Source of the DNA: the human T2T-CHM13v2.0 reference genome, Homo sapiens
Direction: 5' to 3' (one strand)
Assembly (NCBI RefSeq): GCF_009914755.1
Contig: NC_060935.1
Length of the DNA: 64,000 nt
The first letter of the stretch is position 1. Each line of letters starts with the position of its first letter. The position numbers and the translations under genes are program-made. Below, in pieces: positions 60,246 to 64,000 of this stretch. A model generated the notes under the pieces. That model was not told where the DNA came from. It made no database searches and worked only from the letters and a program-made list of their open reading frames with translations.

Positions 60246-63200
60246 AGCTTCAGAGGATGTATGGGAGCCACGATGCTATAAAGCCTCTGATGGTCGGGGG
60301 GTCATTAAGGTGGCAGTGCGCCTTTCTCACTCCTGGCACCATGCCTGACACATGGCAGGTGCTTGGTAAATGTGTCGAATAAATAATCTCTGAATGAATG
60401 GAAAGCTTTGGGCAAGCAACTCCAGGCTCTCTGCATGTCGGTTTTCTCACCTTTCCTTCAGCACTGATGGGGAGGGTCCAGTGTGGTGATATTTGGAAGT
60501 GCTGAGCTCAGGGCTTGGGCCCTGGCAGTTGCAGTTACTCTGGGGAGACGGTGCCTGAACTGGGATGCTCTCAACTGTGTCCCAAGGAGTGGGTGGTACT
60601 GCTCCCAGCTGTCCACACTGGAGCTCAGCTGTGTGCCCCCGGGGAACAGAGGCAAATTCCCTCTCCATGGGTAGCTGTGTGTGTCACCTGTGGCTGGTCT
60701 TGGTCTTCCTCCGGGCAAAACCAGGGGAGCCAGAGGGTCTGAAGACAGGCACTGGGCCAGCATGCGTGCTGACCCTTCAAGTTCCTATGGATCACTCCCA
60801 GCCTACTGGGTGATTTAAATGCACACATTTTTCATTTCGATTTCATTTCTTTTCAATAACGAGCCCATCTTTAACCAAGGTCTTGGACAAGGTCCCACAG
60901 GCATGGAGCGGGATTCCAGTGTGCCTCACCTACTGCCTTCTGAGGAGCCCTCCTCTGCTGCTCAGGTGGCCCCTGTGTGTCCCAAAGGTGGGAGCAGGTG
61001 CTTGAGGATGGGGGGGGGGTACCCGGTGGTCCCAGGAAGTAACTCCCACCTCAGCTGCTCCTGATCGTAGGGAATTCCCCCACCTCCACTCAGATTTGCA
61101 CTCTTCCTAAATAGCTCTGACAGCAGGATCTCTGCAGGAGGACTCAGTTCTAGCCTAGGCTCAACCACATGTTTGCTGTGTGGCTTTGAGTAAGTCCCTT
61201 TCCCTCTCTGGGCCTTGGTGCACCACCCTGTAAAGTGAGACTATGGAGCTTGCTGATACCTGTTATTCTGTCCCTCCCATAAGAAGGAGCTGCAGACCAA
61301 TACTTCCTCAGCCCCTATTTAAGAGATTGGGATATTGAATACCTTGTCCATTGGGACAACTGGGCTTGGAGTTGAGGGTCAGATTCTGGTGTTGGATGGT
61401 CCTGAGACTGTGAAAAGCACATGACGGTGTGGTGGGGCTCGCCAGGATCCACTCCCCTCACCCCATGGAGAACCTGAGGTTTGGCAGCCAGCAGCCAGCA
61501 TGCAGGGAAGGCGCAGCTCACGGAGCTCATGAGATCCAGGTTTGAATCCTGGCTTTGCCACTTACCCTTGGCTACCCACTTAACCCCTCTGAACCTCACT
61601 CAGTTTCTGCACCTGAAAGATGGGGGATCTGAAACTTTCCTCCTGAGATTGAGGTGAGGATAGAACAGGTGGGTATGTGTGACTCCCCAGCACCCCGCGG
61701 GTCCCCGGTGGAGTGTATCCAGCATCCTTTAGGTCTGGTGAGTGGGCAGGGTAAGGTCAGGGAAAGCGCTGGAAGCCTTGCCAACAGCCTGGGAAGCTGA
61801 GTCCAGAAATAGAAGACCCCGGAGACAGAGGCTCCAGTTGGCCAGGCTGCGCTCTGCCAGCCCCTGGGAGGCCAGCCTGAGCTGTCAGTGCGGGCCTCCC
61901 CTCCCTCCTGGGGCTGTTGGCTGCATAAATTACTCGGCAGCCTTTGGGCTAATTTTACCTTCTTGGTTTTCATGAATCATTTCCCATCTGGGGGCGTGCG
62001 AGAGAAATGGAAATGGCTCTGCCAGCTGGCTGCCAGGGCGCCAGCCACCGTGAGGGCTGTGGTGAGCCCCTCTTGCAGGTTCTTGGGAGGGCCGTCCTCA
62101 GGACAGCCACCAGGGCTGGCTCCTTCCAGCCATGTCCCTGTGCCTTTGGGTTATCATGATTTGGGGTAAATGAGCCACAGCAGATCCTGAGGCTGGAACT
62201 TGGGCTAAATCTAAAGGGATTTCGAATCAGTGGTTTCACCGTGATGGTCCTTCGGGTGTGTTTTGACCTCGATGGTGGGAACGGCTTGGCAGAGAGACCC
62301 CTGAGATCTGCTTGAATGCTTCTTGGGGGCCCAGCTTCTGGAGTTGCATGACCCTGAGTTTCACAGAATGCCAGAGCCAGCAGATCCTAAAGGAAAATCC
62401 CAAAGGCCTCATTGTGCAGATGGGTAAACTGAGGCTCAGAGAGGGAAAGGGATTTATCCAAGGTCTATGCCTCTGTGGACAAGGTTGGAGTAACAGTTAT
62501 TTACCGTCTGCTTATAACTTCACTCACAACAACCTGATTTCACTCTCATCCCCATTTTATGTGGCAGGGGGCGGGGGTAACGAAAGGCACAGAAGGTGAA
62601 ATAACTTCTCCAGATCGCATAGTTAGTAAGTCGTAGAGCTGGGATTCTCATCCAGGGAGTCCTGTTCCAGAGCCCATGTTCCCAGCTTCTTCACCAAGCT
62701 GCCTCTTGCCAGTGGACTGCAGGGCTGCCCTTGTTCCTGCCCTCCTCGCCTCTCCCATGCCCCTTGGGAGTGGATTTACAGGGCTGCTAATGGGGTACTC
62801 CTGGAAATCTCCAACTGATGCCCTCTCATTGTCTTCATCCATTCACCAAATATGTATTGAGCCCTGCCGGTGCCAGCAACCGTTCTGGGTGCTGGGGATT
62901 TGGAAGCAGCCAGAATGGGAGGGGCTGGGGGGCTGGTGAGTCCCCAGCCCAGCACCCTCATCTCCTCTGAGGCTGGGTTCTCAGGGGGTGGCATCTGCAC
63001 AGCACTGTGGTCTCTGCCACGCAGGCCGCACACTCAGATGCCCAGCCCAGGCGGGGGGCACATGTGAATGACACAGGCTGACTGGAGACCTGGAGAGTGA
63101 GTGCCTTGCCCTTGCCCATCTGAGCAGGGCCACCACCCAGCTCCAGGGAATCGTTGCCATGTGGGACTGCCCGCGTGGTGTTGCCAGCCCTTCGGATTTC

Positions 63201-63589
63201 CCAGAAAAGCTGAACATCCACGTTTTTACATGGAATCTTCTGTTTCTTCGAAGTTGGCAAAAATAAAAATGGAAAAAAAGAACAGTCACCAGTTTGCAGC
63301 CTGTGCTTCCTTTCTGCCGTTGCCTCTCTGCAGGCCTGTCTAGGAGGGAGCAGGCTTTCCTTCTAGTTAATGGGCCCTTCACTCCCTGCCGTGGAAGACC
63401 CCCTCCCATTGCAGCCTGTCTCCCCGCCATGCTACACTGCCACCTGGGAGTAGAGAAAAGAGTGTGGGCTTTGCATTGCACAGACTCCAGACAGCTGCTG
63501 TGCAGCCTTGTTCAAGCCACTTAACCTCTCTGAGCCTCCATTCCTATCTGAAAAACAAAGTAAAACTGCTTACTAGGTTGTGGACAGGA

Positions 63590-64000
63590 CTAATTACAAA
63601 CTGACTGAAACTCAAGTCAAACAAGAGTAGTCAAAAAATGGAATTTATGGGCTCAGCAGAAGCTCTAGGAGGATCTTGAGAGCTTCAGGTACAGTTGGAT
63701 CCAGGGGCTTACACTGTCCTCAGGACTTGTTCCGTCCATCCTGCCCTGCTTTCTTAGGTATGGCTCCATTCATGGGCAGGCTGTTGTATGAGGTGGCACA
63801 GTGGTTGGCTGTGCCCCTGCCCACAGCAGATTCGCCCTTCTATCCTTTCAGCAATCCCTGCAATGAAAGGGCCCTTCTCTTTCCAGCAGAGTCCCCCAGA
63901 GCCCCAGAATTGTAGCTCACAAATTGGCTAGACCCTGTATCCTCTCTTGCACCAATCACTGTGGCTGGCCTGCAGATACGAGCACTGGTTGGTCAGTCCT
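63590..64000 (-). mobile_element. MLT1K/L-type LTR (runs off the window end)
   Basis: GGAATTTATGGGCTCA..TTGGATCCAGGGGCTT..CCAATCACTGTGGC. Confidence 0.6.

Overview
Primate (very probably human) genomic DNA, judged from AluJ/S/Y, L1PA/L1PB, MIR, L2, MLT1 and MER1 content. I can support no protein-coding exon of a cellular gene. Layout: (i) 1-9.4 kb is GC-moderate intergenic DNA with MIR, MLT1, L3 and a decayed ERV-L integrase-dUTPase segment. (ii) 9.4-37 kb is an AT-rich nest of old L1M elements, interrupted by a 5'-truncated L1PB, many Alus and a full-length, ORF-disrupted ~6.2 kb L1PA3/PA4 on the minus strand with a 14-bp TSD. (iii) ~43.6-45.2 kb is a CpG-island promoter with a TATA box, paired AAAGGGTTAA motifs and two consensus + strand splice donors, suggesting alternative non-coding first exons of a gene I cannot name. 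(iv) 45.2-64 kb is a MIR/L2-rich probable first intron with a candidate 77-nt exon and several enhancer-like motif clusters. I found no new multi-gene system. The best leads are a ~188-bp locally templated inverted duplication, a 17-bp duplication in the L1 ZNF93-target segment, a perfect 36-bp palindrome in the L1 3'UTR, and the promoter/exon architecture. Subfamily calls come from recalled consensus sequences; old-repeat boundaries are approximate.
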